From assembly GCA_016931495.1 (NCBI GenBank), contig JAFGER010000017.1:835-64834 (forward strand): 64,000 nucleotides of DNA, in the 5' to 3' direction. The notes below the pieces were generated by a model. That model searched no databases and was not told the DNA's origin. It worked only from the letters and a program-made list of their open reading frames with translations. This DNA is from Chlorobiaceae bacterium (GTDB taxonomy: Bacteria; Bacteroidota; Chlorobiia; Chlorobiales; Chlorobiaceae). A program made the translations under genes and the position numbers. How positions within the stretch are numbered: the first letter of the stretch is position 1; the number at the start of each line of letters is the position of its first letter. This document shows, piece after piece, positions 49,766 to 60,028 of the stretch.

Positions 49766-50698
49766 ATGGCTATCATCCCGAATATCACGAGCACCATCGG
49801 ACGCACACCGCTGGTGCGGCTCAACAAGCTCGCCGAGGGCCTCGAAGCCGACATTCTGCTCAAACTCGAATACTTCAACCCGCTTGGCAGCGTCAAGGAT
49901 CGCATCGGGCGAGCGATGATCGAGGCCGCCGAAGCCGAGGGAAAGATCGACGCCCGGACGCTCATCGTCGAGCCGACCAGCGGCAACACCGGCATCGCGC
50001 TCGCCTTCGTCTGCGCCCAGCGCGGCTACCGGCTGCTGCTCACGATGCCCGAAACCATGAGCGTCGAGCGGCGCAAACTGCTGCGCTACCTCGGCGCGGA
50101 GCTGGTGCTCACCCCCGGCGCACAGGGGATGAGGGGGGCGATAGAAGAGGCGGCGCGGATCGTCGAGGCCGAAAAGAACAGCTTCAACCCCGGCCAGTTC
50201 AGTAATCCGGCCAACCCCCGCATTCACCAGGCGACCACCGGCCCCGAAATCTGGAACGACACCGAGGGGCGGGTTGACATGCTCGTGGCGGGCGTCGGCA
50301 CGGGCGGCACCATCACCGGAACCTCGCGCTTTATCAAGGCGCTGAAACCCGGCTTCAAAAGCATCGCGGTCGAGCCGAAAGATTCGCCGGTGCTCTCCGG
50401 CGGCCAGCCGGGGCCACACAAAATCCAGGGGATCGGCGCAGGCTTCGTGCCCGAAGCGCTCGACGTGTCGCTGCTCGACGAGGTGGTGACGGTGAGCAAC
50501 GACGACGCCATTTCGACCGCGCGAGCGCTCGCCGCAAGCGAAGGCATCCTCTGTGGCATCTCGTCGGGCGCGGCGGTTCACGCGGCTATCGAAGTGGCCA
50601 GGCGCTCCTCGTCAGCAGGCAAAACCATCGTAGCCATCATCCCCAGCACCGGCGAGCGCTACCTCAGCACCGCGCTCTTCGAAGGCATCGAGGCGTAA
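49766..50698 (+). CDS. cysK: Cysteine synthase A
   Basis: [43 protein letters not shown]. Confidence 0.96.
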   Translation: MAIIPNITSTIGRTPLVRLNKLAEGLEADILLKLEYFNPLGSVKDRIGRAMIEAAEAEGKIDARTLIVEPTSGNTGIALAFVCAQRGYRLLLTMPETMSVERRKLLRYLGAELVLTPGAQGMRGAIEEAARIVEAEKNSFNPGQFSNPANPRIHQATTGPEIWNDTEGRVDMLVAGVGTGGTITGTSRFIKALKPGFKSIAVEPKDSPVLSGGQPGPHKIQGIGAGFVPEALDVSLLDEVVTVSNDDAISTARALAASEGILCGISSGAAVHAAIEVARRSSSAGKTIVAIIPSTGERYLSTALFEGIEA

Positions 50699-50700
50699 AA

Positions 50701-50792
50701 TGAATAATTGATAATGGATAGTTCAGGCGCGGTGATTTTCCGCGCCTTCCATTCCTGTCCACCTCGTCCACGCAGTCCACTTCGTCCACTTC
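50701..50792 (+). repeat. Composite 7-mer repeat + hairpin + GTCCACnnn array (second copy of module)
   Basis: TGAATAA|TTGATAA|TGGATAG, AGGCGCGG/CCGCGCCT hairpin at 50725-50747, GTCCAC at 50757, 50766, 50775, 50784. Confidence 0.88.
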
Positions 50793-50902
50793 TTCAAACT
50801 CCACCGCCCCACCGTTTCAACACCACCGGGGAACCTCTCTCTTTGCCGTCTTGTTTCTTTGATTATCTTTAAGTTTTTTCAGGATTTTCTTCGACGGCTG
50901 CC

Positions 50903-51112
50903 ATGTCCACGATCCACATCACCCTGAACGGCGAAAAGCGCGAACTCCCTTCCGGCTCGTCGGTCGCCGACCTGCTGAAGCTGGAGTGCGCGGAATCGCA
51001 GAAGGTGGCCGTCGTGGTCAATGAAAACATCGTGCGCCCCGACAAGCGCGAGTCCGCCGTGTTGCAGGAAAATGACCAGGTTGAAATCCTTGTTTTCGCA
51101 GGCGGCGGATAA
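50903..51112 (+). CDS. thiS: Sulfur carrier protein ThiS
   Basis: [17 protein letters not shown]-terminal GGG. Confidence 0.93.
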   Translation: MSTIHITLNGEKRELPSGSSVADLLKLECAESQKVAVVVNENIVRPDKRESAVLQENDQVEILVFAGGG

Positions 51113-51144
51113 CCTCTGTCCAACTCTTGTCTTACGTTCAATCC

Positions 51145-51924
51145 ATGAATTCACTTCGTTTAGGCTCATACACCTTCACCTCCCGCCTGATTCTCGGCAC
51201 CGGCAAGTTCAGCAGCGTTTCGGCGATGATCGAGGCCGTCCGCGCCTCGAAGGCGCAGCTCGTCACGGTTGCGCTGCGGCGCTTCAATCGCGAGCAGGCT
51301 GAGGACGACCTGTTTGGCCCACTGTCCGAAATCGAGGGCCTAACGCTGATGCCCAACACCTCTGGCGCGGCGACGGCTAAAGAGGCCGTCAAAGCAGCGC
51401 ACATTTCGCGCGAGCTCTCCGGCAGCCCCTTCATCAAGGTGGAAATTCACCCGAATCCGCACCACCTGATGCCCGACCCGATCGAGACCTACGAGGCGTG
51501 CAAAATCCTTGCCGCCGAGGACTTCATCGTCATGCCCTACATCCCTGCCGATCCGGTGCTGGCCAAGCGGCTCGAAGAGGTTGGGTGCAGCTCGGTGATG
51601 CCGCTCGGCTCGGCCATCGGCAGCGGGCAGGGACTTTCGACCGCCGAGATGGTGAAAATCATCATCCGCGAAAGCAACATTCCGGTGATCGTGGACGCGG
51701 GCTTGCGCTCCCCTTCCGAAGCATGCGCGGCGATGGAGATGGGGTGCGAAGCGGTGCTCGTCAACAGCGCCGTGGCGGTGGCCCGCGATCCGGCAGCGAT
51801 GGCGAGCGCTTTCGCCAAGGCGGTCGAGGCAGGATTCGACGCCCGCAACGCCGGGCTGATGCCGCGCTCCGGATCGGCGGTTGCCAGCAGCCCGCTGACC
51901 TCGTTCCTGGGGGCTGCTCGATGA
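51145..51924 (+). CDS. thiG: Thiazole synthase
   Basis: [40 protein letters not shown]. Confidence 0.96.
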   Translation: MNSLRLGSYTFTSRLILGTGKFSSVSAMIEAVRASKAQLVTVALRRFNREQAEDDLFGPLSEIEGLTLMPNTSGAATAKEAVKAAHISRELSGSPFIKVEIHPNPHHLMPDPIETYEACKILAAEDFIVMPYIPADPVLAKRLEEVGCSSVMPLGSAIGSGQGLSTAEMVKIIIRESNIPVIVDAGLRSPSEACAAMEMGCEAVLVNSAVAVARDPAAMASAFAKAVEAGFDARNAGLMPRSGSAVASSPLTSFLGAAR

Positions 51925-52988
51925 TTGCGCTTCCCGCATGGCTGACCGACGAGCGGCTGACCGAAGATATCGAACCGCTGCTACGGCAAACGGACGCCGA
52001 GTCGCTCGAACGGCTCGCCGCCGAAGCGCAGGCGGTCACGCTACGCCGTTTCGGGCGCATCATTTCGCTCTACGCGCCGCTCTACCTCTCCAACTTCTGT
52101 TCGAGCGGCTGCGTCTATTGCGGCTTCGCGTCGGACAGAACTTCGCCTCGCCGCAAGCTGGAGTTCGACGAGATCGAACGCGAGCTGCGGGCGATGAAGA
52201 AACTCGGCATCGGCGACGTGCTGCTGCTGACCGGCGAGCGCACCAGCGCGGCTGGCTTCGACTACCTGCGCCGTTCGGTGGAGCTTGCAGCTCGCATCAT
52301 GCCGCGCGTGGCGATCGAAGCGTTCCCGATGAGCGTTGCCGAGTACCGGGCGCTCGCTGAATGCGGCTGCACCGGCCTGACGATTTATCAGGAGACCTAC
52401 GATCCGGAGAACTACGCAAAGCTGCACCGCTGGGGGCCGAAGCAGGACTTCCTCGAACGACTCGAAACCCCGGAACGCGCCATCACCGGCGGCATCCGGA
52501 GCGTCGGCATCGGCGCGCTGCTCGGTCTGTCGGAGCCGGTCGGTGAAGCGCTCGCCGTTGCGCGGCACGCCCGCCACCTCTGCCGAACCTACTGGAAAGC
52601 GGGCGTCTCGGTCTCCTTCCCCCGCATCCGCCCGCAGGAGGGCGGCTTCCAGCCCGCCTACGAGGTGGGCGACCGCTTTCTGGCGAGGATGATTATGGCC
52701 TTTCGCACGGCGATGCCGGACATCGATCTGGTGCTCTCGACCCGCGAAAGCCCGGCCTTCCGCGACGGCATGGCGGGCCTCGGCATCACCCGCATGAGCA
52801 TCGCCAGCCGCACCACCGTAGGCGGCTACGTCGAGTCGGAGACGGCTGGAGCGAGCCAGTTCGAGGTGAGCGACGACCGCAGCGCCGAGGAGTTCTGCGC
52901 CGCCCTTCGCGCCAAAAATCTGGAACCGGTCTTCAAAAACTGGGACGCGGCCTACAACAACCCGCTGCCCGAAAAGGAGCGGGCGTGA
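51921..52988 (+). CDS. thiH: 2-iminoacetate synthase (radical SAM)
   Basis: [44 protein letters not shown]; ATGA overlap with thiG. Confidence 0.94.
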   Translation: MIALPAWLTDERLTEDIEPLLRQTDAESLERLAAEAQAVTLRRFGRIISLYAPLYLSNFCSSGCVYCGFASDRTSPRRKLEFDEIERELRAMKKLGIGDVLLLTGERTSAAGFDYLRRSVELAARIMPRVAIEAFPMSVAEYRALAECGCTGLTIYQETYDPENYAKLHRWGPKQDFLERLETPERAITGGIRSVGIGALLGLSEPVGEALAVARHARHLCRTYWKAGVSVSFPRIRPQEGGFQPAYEVGDRFLARMIMAFRTAMPDIDLVLSTRESPAFRDGMAGLGITRMSIASRTTVGGYVESETAGASQFEVSDDRSAEEFCAALRAKNLEPVFKNWDAAYNNPLPEKERA

Positions 52989-53722
52989 GCCTCAGCGACG
53001 AGCAGCGCCAGCGCTACGCCCGCCACCTCGCCCTGCCGGAAGTCGGCGAGGCCGGACAGGAGAAGCTGCTCCGCTCGAAGGTGCTGGTCATCGGCGCAGG
53101 CGGCCTCGGCTCCCCCGCCGCCTTCTACCTCGCGGCGGCAGGCGTCGGAACCATCGGCCTCATGGACGGCGACACGGTCGATCTCTCAAACCTCCAGCGC
53201 CAGATTCTGCACACCACCGCCTCGGTCGGCCAGCGCAAAACCGAATCGGCACACCAGCGAATCGCCGCCCTCGACCCCGCCATCACCGTCGAATGCCACC
53301 CTTTCCGGCTCAGTGCGGACAACGCCCCGGAAATTCTCGAGGGCTATGACTTCATCATCGACGCTACCGACTCATTCGGCTCGAAACACCTCATCTCCCG
53401 CGCCTGCCACGCGGCGAGGAAGCCGTGGTCACACGCCGGAATCTCCGACTTCCACGGCCAGACCATGACCATCATCCCCGGAAAAACCGCCTGCTTCCAC
53501 TGCCTGTTCGACGAGAATGATTCGACCGGCGACGACACGCCCCGCGGCCCCCTCGGAGCACTCCCCGGAGTCATCGGCTCGATTCAGGCCATCGAAGCGA
53601 TTAAATCCTTGCTCGGCATCGGCACGCTGCTGACCAACGCGCTGCTAACGTTCGACGCGCTGGCAATGAACTTCCGAAAAGTGACGGTGAGGCGGAATGC
53701 TGGGTGTGGGGTTTGTGGGTGA
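52985..53722 (+). CDS. thiF: ThiF/MoeB adenylyltransferase
   Basis: RYARH, GQEKL, IGAGGLG, SNLQRQ, DATD, CFHC, C-terminal CxxC. Confidence 0.88.
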   Translation: MSLSDEQRQRYARHLALPEVGEAGQEKLLRSKVLVIGAGGLGSPAAFYLAAAGVGTIGLMDGDTVDLSNLQRQILHTTASVGQRKTESAHQRIAALDPAITVECHPFRLSADNAPEILEGYDFIIDATDSFGSKHLISRACHAARKPWSHAGISDFHGQTMTIIPGKTACFHCLFDENDSTGDDTPRGPLGALPGVIGSIQAIEAIKSLLGIGTLLTNALLTFDALAMNFRKVTVRRNAGCGVCG

Positions 53723-53824
53723 GCGGTTGACGCGACAAATCTTTTCGCATGTTGATTATTTCAACGACGACTAACGATGAGGCGAGCTGCACGACAGCCC
53801 CGATATATTATGCGCAAATGGCGG

Positions 53825-54664
53825 TCATGTTGGTTCGCGGTCCAAATACTTGGCGAGCCACATCCAAGCTTCTATCATCTCATTTTCAGTGACATCGATT
53901 GTATCGGTAAGCTCAAAGTTCCTAATAAAGCAATGCGCAAACATCGCCGCTGCGATATGAACAAGGTTCGCGAAACTGGAACTCAATTGCTTGCCTTCAT
54001 TTCGAGCCGTTGCATCCTTGAATTGGATTATGCTTAAGCTGTTGGTGTGAGCATAAGCAGAGTACATGGCATAGAACTTCTTAGCCCAATACTGTCCAAC
54101 ACCGGTGCTCACCAGTATATCGGCCCAATGGGGACGGATCCACTGGCATTTCTCAACTACTACTTTTTTCTGTTTATCCGAAAGAGCGCCAAAGGTTGCT
54201 GTTCCCCTGATCACCTCAATCAGGTTGGCTATTTCAATCCTTTCCTGTTTTTTCTTTTCCTGGAGTTCGCTTGAAAAGGATACATTCACGGACTGCCTGA
54301 AGTTAAGGCCGTCAATGTACCAATTATAGAAACGGAATGTTATTTCGTCTTCATTCTTCGCATCACAGTAGAGGTAGAAGTATGTCAAGAAGGTTTCAAG
54401 GGCTGAACGAAATAGAACCATCACCGAGGAATAGTCGTACGCTCTTTTGGTGATGTCGGTCCTTGAAAACACGGAACCTTGCTCAAGTGTAAGTATAGAC
54501 GCGAGATGATATATGAACTTTACATACATTTCATGTTGAAAGACCTGCACTGGCGTTGGTCTAATTTTCTGCAGGCTGTTCTTTTCAACCAGTTTCTCAG
54601 CTATTTGTAGGAATCTCGAGATGATTTCCTCCGGTTGCATCTTCCAGTACTCAACCCTTGTCAT
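53825..54664 (-). CDS. AT-rich all-helical hypothetical protein (DUF5677-like)
   Basis: VLFRSALE and FYAMYSAYAH motifs; GGAGAA RBS upstream of ATG 54664; codon usage unlike neighbours. Confidence 0.65.
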   Translation of the reverse strand: MTRVEYWKMQPEEIISRFLQIAEKLVEKNSLQKIRPTPVQVFQHEMYVKFIYHLASILTLEQGSVFSRTDITKRAYDYSSVMVLFRSALETFLTYFYLYCDAKNEDEITFRFYNWYIDGLNFRQSVNVSFSSELQEKKKQERIEIANLIEVIRGTATFGALSDKQKKVVVEKCQWIRPHWADILVSTGVGQYWAKKFYAMYSAYAHTNSLSIIQFKDATARNEGKQLSSSFANLVHIAAAMFAHCFIRNFELTDTIDVTENEMIEAWMWLAKYLDREPT

Positions 54665-54962
54665 TTGACGCTGCTGTTCTCCGATAACCAATGGTATATG
54701 TGCTTTTGAGACTAACGTGAACCTGTATCCCCACGTCGCTTTTGCATAGCATTGTTTAGACTAATCCGCCTAAACTACGGATTTTTGAGTTACAACCTAT
54801 CTGCAGGATTTGGAACACCAGACAGGCCACGATTTTCCATGCGTATAGAGATCCTGCCTTTATACCCCTGAACAATCTCTTTAAAAGAAGCATAACAGGG
54901 TCTCGTCGTCAAAAATTGCGGTTTGTTATTAAAGATAGCTTATGTCTTTAACCAGCCAAACC

Positions 54963-56792
54963 TTACCCCCCAAACTCTCCGATCACCTGTAAAAACGGCT
55001 CCGCATACCTGTCAAGCTTCACCTCACCAATCCCCGAGACGCTAAGCATTTCGTCGCGGGTCGTGGGTTTGACAACACTCAGTTCGACGAGAGTTTTATC
55101 CGAAAACACTACATATGGCGGCACGCCTTGCTCGTCGGCGAGACGCTTGCGTAGCGTCCGGAGTTGCTCGAAGAGTTGCTTGTCGGCTTCCGAAAGCGCG
55201 TCGAGGCTGCCGCGTTTGGCGGTTGCGGATTTGCCCTTTTTCTCCTTGATGCGCACCAGCTCCACCCGCTCCTCGCCCCGGAGAATCCTCGCACCACCTT
55301 CGAGGAGATAGAGCATCGGGTACAGCCCCTCGGAGCGGGCAATCGCTTTGCGGGCGAGCAGGTCGTCGATGAGTTGCCGCCAGAACTTCTTGTCGTGTTC
55401 CTTGCCGATGCCATACACTTTCAGCCGGTCGTGACCGAAATCCTTGATTTTCTGGTTTTTGCTGCCGAGGAGGATATCGATCAGATGCGCCGCACCGAAG
55501 CGTGAGTCGGTGCGCACGATGGCGGAAAGAAGCATCTGCGCCTCGCGGGTGCAGTCGGTCAGCTCGTGCAGGCCGAGGCAGACGTCGCACGAGGCGCAGT
55601 TGTCGCGGGGATAGGTTTCGCCGAAGTAGTCGAGCAGCATCCGGCGGCGGCAGGCGGTGGATGAGGCGAACGACACCACCTTCGAGAGCGAGTCGAGCGC
55701 CCGCTGCCGCTCCTCCTCGTCGGTCATGGCGTCGATGAAAAAGCGCACCTTCGGAATGTCGGCTTGCGAAAAGAGCAGGATGCAGCGGGCCGCCTCGCCG
55801 TCGCGTCCGGCACGGCCCGTCTCCTGATAGTAGCTCTCGATGCTTTTCGGCAGGTCGGCGTGGACGACGAAGCGCACGTTGGACTTGTCGATCCCCATGC
55901 CGAAGGCCACCGTGGCCACGACGACGTCAACCTCGTCGCGGATGAAGGCCTCCTGATTGTCGTGGCGCTCCCGGTCGCTCAGCCCGGCGTGGTAAGGCAA
56001 GGCGCGGAATCCACGCTTTTGCAGCATCGCCGCCGTGTCGTTGACGCTTTTGCGGCTGGTGCGGTAAACGATGCCCGACTGGCCCGCGAATCCCTTGAGA
56101 ATCGAGACGAGCTGCGCCTCTCCCGACTCCTTGAAGCGCACTTCGTAGGTGAGGTTGGGGCGGTCGAACGACGCCCGCAGCACAAACGGATCGCGCAGGG
56201 CGAGCTTGCTGACGATGTCGCGCTGCACCCGCTCCGTCGCCGTGGCGGTGAAAGCGGCGACCGGAATGCCGGGCAGAAGTTCGAGAATCGAGGAGAGCGA
56301 GAGGTAGTCGGGACGGAAGTCGTGGCCCCATTCGGAGATACAGTGCGCCTCGTCGATCACCGCCATGCTGATGCGGCAGCTCGCGAGCAGCTCGCGGAAG
56401 TGGTCGAGGGCGAAGCGTTCGGGAGCGACGTAGAGCAGGTCGAGGTCGCCAGACTGGGGCGAGCGGAGCACGGCGGACTGTTCGGCGAAGTCGAGCGAGC
56501 TGTTGAGGTACGCCGCGCGGATGCCGTTCGAGCGCGCCCCGTCCACCTGATCCTTCATGAGCGAAATGAGCGGGCTGACCACCAGCGCCGTGCCCGGCAT
56601 GAGGACGGCGGGAAGCTGGTAGCAGAGCGACTTGCCGCCGCCGGTCGGCATGACGGCGAACACATCCCGCCCACCCATCAGCGCCCGTACAATCTCCTCC
56701 TGGTTGGGGCGGAACGACCGGAACCCGAAAATCCGGTGCAAGGCGCCGTCAAGGGAGCCGGTTCCTGAAGATCGGGCAAGGCTTTCCATCAA
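54963..56792 (-). CDS. recQ: ATP-dependent DNA helicase RecQ
   Basis: MPTGGGKSLCYQ, DEAHCISEWGHDFRP, TATAT, YYQETGRAGRDG, CRR..C..CD.C, HRDC domain. Confidence 0.96.
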   Translation of the reverse strand: MMESLARSSGTGSLDGALHRIFGFRSFRPNQEEIVRALMGGRDVFAVMPTGGGKSLCYQLPAVLMPGTALVVSPLISLMKDQVDGARSNGIRAAYLNSSLDFAEQSAVLRSPQSGDLDLLYVAPERFALDHFRELLASCRISMAVIDEAHCISEWGHDFRPDYLSLSSILELLPGIPVAAFTATATERVQRDIVSKLALRDPFVLRASFDRPNLTYEVRFKESGEAQLVSILKGFAGQSGIVYRTSRKSVNDTAAMLQKRGFRALPYHAGLSDRERHDNQEAFIRDEVDVVVATVAFGMGIDKSNVRFVVHADLPKSIESYYQETGRAGRDGEAARCILLFSQADIPKVRFFIDAMTDEEERQRALDSLSKVVSFASSTACRRRMLLDYFGETYPRDNCASCDVCLGLHELTDCTREAQMLLSAIVRTDSRFGAAHLIDILLGSKNQKIKDFGHDRLKVYGIGKEHDKKFWRQLIDDLLARKAIARSEGLYPMLYLLEGGARILRGEERVELVRIKEKKGKSATAKRGSLDALSEADKQLFEQLRTLRKRLADEQGVPPYVVFSDKTLVELSVVKPTTRDEMLSVSGIGEVKLDRYAEPFLQVIGEFGG

Positions 56793-56800
56793 GGGCCGGG

Positions 56801-57412
56801 TCAGGGACGCAACAGGTGCTTGACAGCCGACTCGACCTCATGGCCGCCACGGCTGGCGCTGTCGGCGGCACGGGCTTGCGAAAGGGGCGAGTCGATCGGC
56901 GCAAGCAGTTCCGGCGCAATCGTGATCTCCACGCCCTGCATGATGCTCTCGAAAAAGACCACCAGCCGGTCTTCGCGTCCTTCCTTGCAAACCACGCCCT
57001 CGAAATCCTTGAATGGGCCTGCCAGCACCCGCACCTTCTTGCCGCGAGGAATCGAAGCGACCGTATCACCGATCGCGTCGGGCTCATGGGTCAGGCGCTT
57101 CAGCCAGGCGATGTCTCTTTCGGAGATCACCGAAGGCGTCTTGCCGATACCGATGAACTTGACCACCCCGTCGGTTTCAAGCACAAAAACGTGCTCTTTA
57201 TGGTAGTTGATTTTCACGAAGACATAGCTTTTGATAAGGGGCAGCTCAACCCGCTTTTTGCGGTCACTCCACTGCCTGATCGTTTCGATCAGTGGCACAA
57301 AGCTGGTCAACCCTTTTTCAAGAAGCTGCTGATGGACTTTTTTCTCGTAACGTGATCGAACATAGACGGCATACCAGCACGCCTGTTCGACTGATTCATT
57401 GCTCATCGTCAT
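56801..57412 (-). CDS. upxY: NusG paralog, UpxY/RfaH-like antiterminator
   Basis: WYAVYVRSRYEKK, RQWSDRKKRVELPLIKSYVFV, KOW-like VRVLAGPFKDFEG. Confidence 0.85.
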   Translation of the reverse strand: MTMSNESVEQACWYAVYVRSRYEKKVHQQLLEKGLTSFVPLIETIRQWSDRKKRVELPLIKSYVFVKINYHKEHVFVLETDGVVKFIGIGKTPSVISERDIAWLKRLTHEPDAIGDTVASIPRGKKVRVLAGPFKDFEGVVCKEGREDRLVVFFESIMQGVEITIAPELLAPIDSPLSQARAADSASRGGHEVESAVKHLLRP

Positions 57413-57598
57413 AAGGCCAGGTCATTGCGTTCAAAATGTTCGCCAGTCCTGAAACCGGCTCAATCCGCAAAATCTGTCTGATAAAAAATTAAGTTGGTTA
57501 ATGTACAAAACTTTGATCATTCCAGACCTCACTCTAAATCCCGGAAATTGATATCCCGTTACCGGATAACGACGTAGCGTCACGATGAAGCGGCTCAT

Positions 57599-58381
57599 TC
57601 ACCGCACGCCGTGCCGGCCCGACGGCAGAACCCGTCCCTTCAGATAGACCAGGCGCCCGATCATCTCCCGCAAGGCCATTGAAGAACGTTCGAGGCCATA
57701 GGCACTCGGGAAAAAATCGATCAGGGTCGTGCGGCTTTTTGAGCCGGTCGCCCGGAAATCGACCGGGTAAGGCTCCACCATGAATCCCGCCGCACTGAAC
57801 AGTCCGGCGGCCCGCTGCATGTGAAACGCGCTCGTCACCAGAACAATGCGTCTGGAATCGCCCGGCGTCACGCCCAGCAACCTGGCGGCTGCAACGGCCT
57901 CCTGCGCAGTGTTGGCCACCCGTGAAGTCACGCGAATGCTCCCGGCGGGAACGCCGCGCAACCGGGCGCGCCGGGCAAGCAGCTCGCCTTCGGGTACACT
58001 CCGTGACTCCCAGGGAAGCTGGCCGCCGGTAAAAACCAGAAGCGGCGCTTTTCCCGCGCTGTAGAGCGCCAGCCCGCCCTCGAAACGGTCAGCCGCCTCG
58101 CTCCACTCGCCAAGCGGCGCTCCGTCGATCTGCACCATCATACCGCTCAGCACCACGATCGCATCGGCGGATTTGACGCTCGCTGCCGGCACGGGCCGAT
58201 AGGGCTGCTCGACCAGAAGCACGAGCCTGTCGCCAACCACCGGCATGCTCCAGAGCCAGAAGAGAACCAGCGAAGACCAGATCAGCCACCTTCGCCGCAA
58301 CAGCAGCCCCGCCGCGGCAAGCAGCATGCAGTGGCCTAAAGGAAGCACCAGAAGCGGGAGAAGCTTACCGAGAATCAGCAT
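57599..58381 (-). CDS. ElyC/YdcF (DUF218) family envelope protein
   Basis: AIVVLSG, LVFTGG, ANTAQEA, LVTSAFHMQRA, ALREMIG. Confidence 0.88.
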   Translation of the reverse strand: MLILGKLLPLLVLPLGHCMLLAAAGLLLRRRWLIWSSLVLFWLWSMPVVGDRLVLLVEQPYRPVPAASVKSADAIVVLSGMMVQIDGAPLGEWSEAADRFEGGLALYSAGKAPLLVFTGGQLPWESRSVPEGELLARRARLRGVPAGSIRVTSRVANTAQEAVAAARLLGVTPGDSRRIVLVTSAFHMQRAAGLFSAAGFMVEPYPVDFRATGSKSRTTLIDFFPSAYGLERSSMALREMIGRLVYLKGRVLPSGRHGVR

Positions 58382-58633
58382 GACAGGTATCGTTTAAGGA
58401 AACGGAAAAAAGGTTGGAAACCGTAGCCTGAGGCAAAGCCAAAAAGAGCAAGATGGGGCGGAACAAACAAGCCTGAAAAGAAAGCAGGGCATCTCCAAAA
58501 AGTGTCATGAGCGGCCCGAGTGCAAGGCGGACGGAGCGCAGAAACCGGAATGTACACAACGTACATGAGGATTTCGAGCACCGCCTAACGCAGCAATCGG
58601 AACGCGCAATAAGTTTTTAGAGATGCCCAGCAT

Positions 58634-59071
58634 TCAGTCGGCCAGTCCCGGATCAGCCATCGGCAGCGAAAGAGGCCGGGCAGTTTTCCGGCGATACTCG
58701 GCAAGGATGGGCTGGTCGGCTTCGGGGAAATCGAAGCCGGCGGCCTCGTCGATGCCGATCCACCGGAACTCCTCATGCGCCCCGGCCTGCGGCACGCCGC
58801 CCGCCAGTCGGCATCGGAACGCGATCAGACGCAGCGAAAGCGCCGGATACCGGTGCTCCACCGGCGTGAGGCGCTCGACAATCTCCACCTCGACCGCCAG
58901 CTCTTCACGAAGCTCCCGCGCCAGCGCCTCAACCTCAGGCTCACCCGACTCCACCTTCCCGCCCGGAAACTCCCACTTCCGGGCCAGATGCCGCCCGTCG
59001 TCAGGACGCCGGGCTATGAGAAATTTTCCGTCGCGCTCGATGATAGCGCAAACCACGTCGCCGATGTGCAT
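58634..59071 (-). CDS. MutT-like (d)NTP pyrophosphohydrolase
   Basis: KWEFPGGKVESGE..ALARELREEL, FPEADQPI. Confidence 0.88.
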   Translation of the reverse strand: MHIGDVVCAIIERDGKFLIARRPDDGRHLARKWEFPGGKVESGEPEVEALARELREELAVEVEIVERLTPVEHRYPALSLRLIAFRCRLAGGVPQAGAHEEFRWIGIDEAAGFDFPEADQPILAEYRRKTARPLSLPMADPGLAD

Positions 59072-59206
59072 GAAATCACGGAGCAAAGATCGATTCGTAA
59101 AAACACCTCCTCACCAGGCATCGCACCGACCGGAATCGGGCAAAATTCCGGACCCGGCCAACAGCTCGCCGGAGCGGCGGAAATCAGAAAAAATAAACCC
59201 GCACAC

Positions 59207-59764
59207 TCAATGCTTGAGGTCGCGGTAATCAACCGTTTTGCCGAGAACATTGTTTTCGGCATTGCAATCTTCACCCGGCTTGTAAGGGGACATATCCTTT
59301 TTGATAATCCGAAGGGTGAACAGTCGTTTGGCGTTACCGGCGCCAGCCGACGCCCATCCGCCAAAATCCGGAATCTGGTATGCGGCCCGGACGCTTATGG
59401 AGGCGCCCGCCTTCAGGCCGGTGAAAGAGCTCGTGACGAGAATGTCCGACACCCCCGTCATGGCGTATGAATATTGGGGAGCATAGGCGAGATTCATGAT
59501 CACTTCAGCGACAGAATCAAGCGTATAGTCCTCTTTGCCCACATTGGTCACCGTACCGGTAATGGTCACCATGCCGCTCTCTCCTTTCATCAGGGCAAGA
59601 TCGGCTTTAAGATCCGGACACGGCTTGACGGGAGGATACCGGAACAGGTTGACCGGAGTTTTGCTTGCCGCAGGATCTGCTGCAAGACGGGCATTCGCCT
59701 CATGAGCCAGCAACAAGGCAATGCCGCAGACAAGTGACGCCGCAAGACGTTTGGACGGTTTCAT
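59207..59764 (-). CDS. Secreted hypothetical protein, CARDB/Ig-like
   Basis: Signal peptide ending ANA; PDL...TITGTVTNVG...DCNAENN pattern. Confidence 0.6.
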   Translation of the reverse strand: MKPSKRLAASLVCGIALLLAHEANARLAADPAASKTPVNLFRYPPVKPCPDLKADLALMKGESGMVTITGTVTNVGKEDYTLDSVAEVIMNLAYAPQYSYAMTGVSDILVTSSFTGLKAGASISVRAAYQIPDFGGWASAGAGNAKRLFTLRIIKKDMSPYKPGEDCNAENNVLGKTVDYRDLKH

Positions 59765-59983
59765 GATTTCCTCCAGTGCTGAATGAAAAAGCTGACTTGT
59801 GAAAATATCCATTTTTACGATGAGAGGCCATGGCCAATCCGGGAAAAAGGCAAGGTCACGATGCCGGACAAAGGAAAGGAGCGTCTGAAAAGAACCATCA
59901 GAGCACGAAAAGCGTGCTGTGGTCACGTTCAGCAAAAAAACACGACGGACAAATCACGCCCCATGAAAAAGGAGAAACAAAAA

Positions 59984-60021
59984 AAGGCAAGCCCTCGAAC
60001 TGACGGACCTGCCTGATTTGC
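59984..60021 (-). terminator. ssrA terminator
   Basis: Minus strand AGGCAGGTCC-loop-GGGCTTGCCT followed by a T6 tract. Confidence 0.8.
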
Positions 60022-60028
60022 TACCTTG

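Noticed and set aside
50793-50902. TPP riboswitch directly before thiS
   Set aside because: No GGGG..CTGAGA or CCTGAT..GCGTAGG motifs in this interval.
58583-58589. GCCTAAC as an attC R'' box
   Set aside because: No matching GTTAGGC arm or L boxes nearby; a 7-mer is expected by chance.
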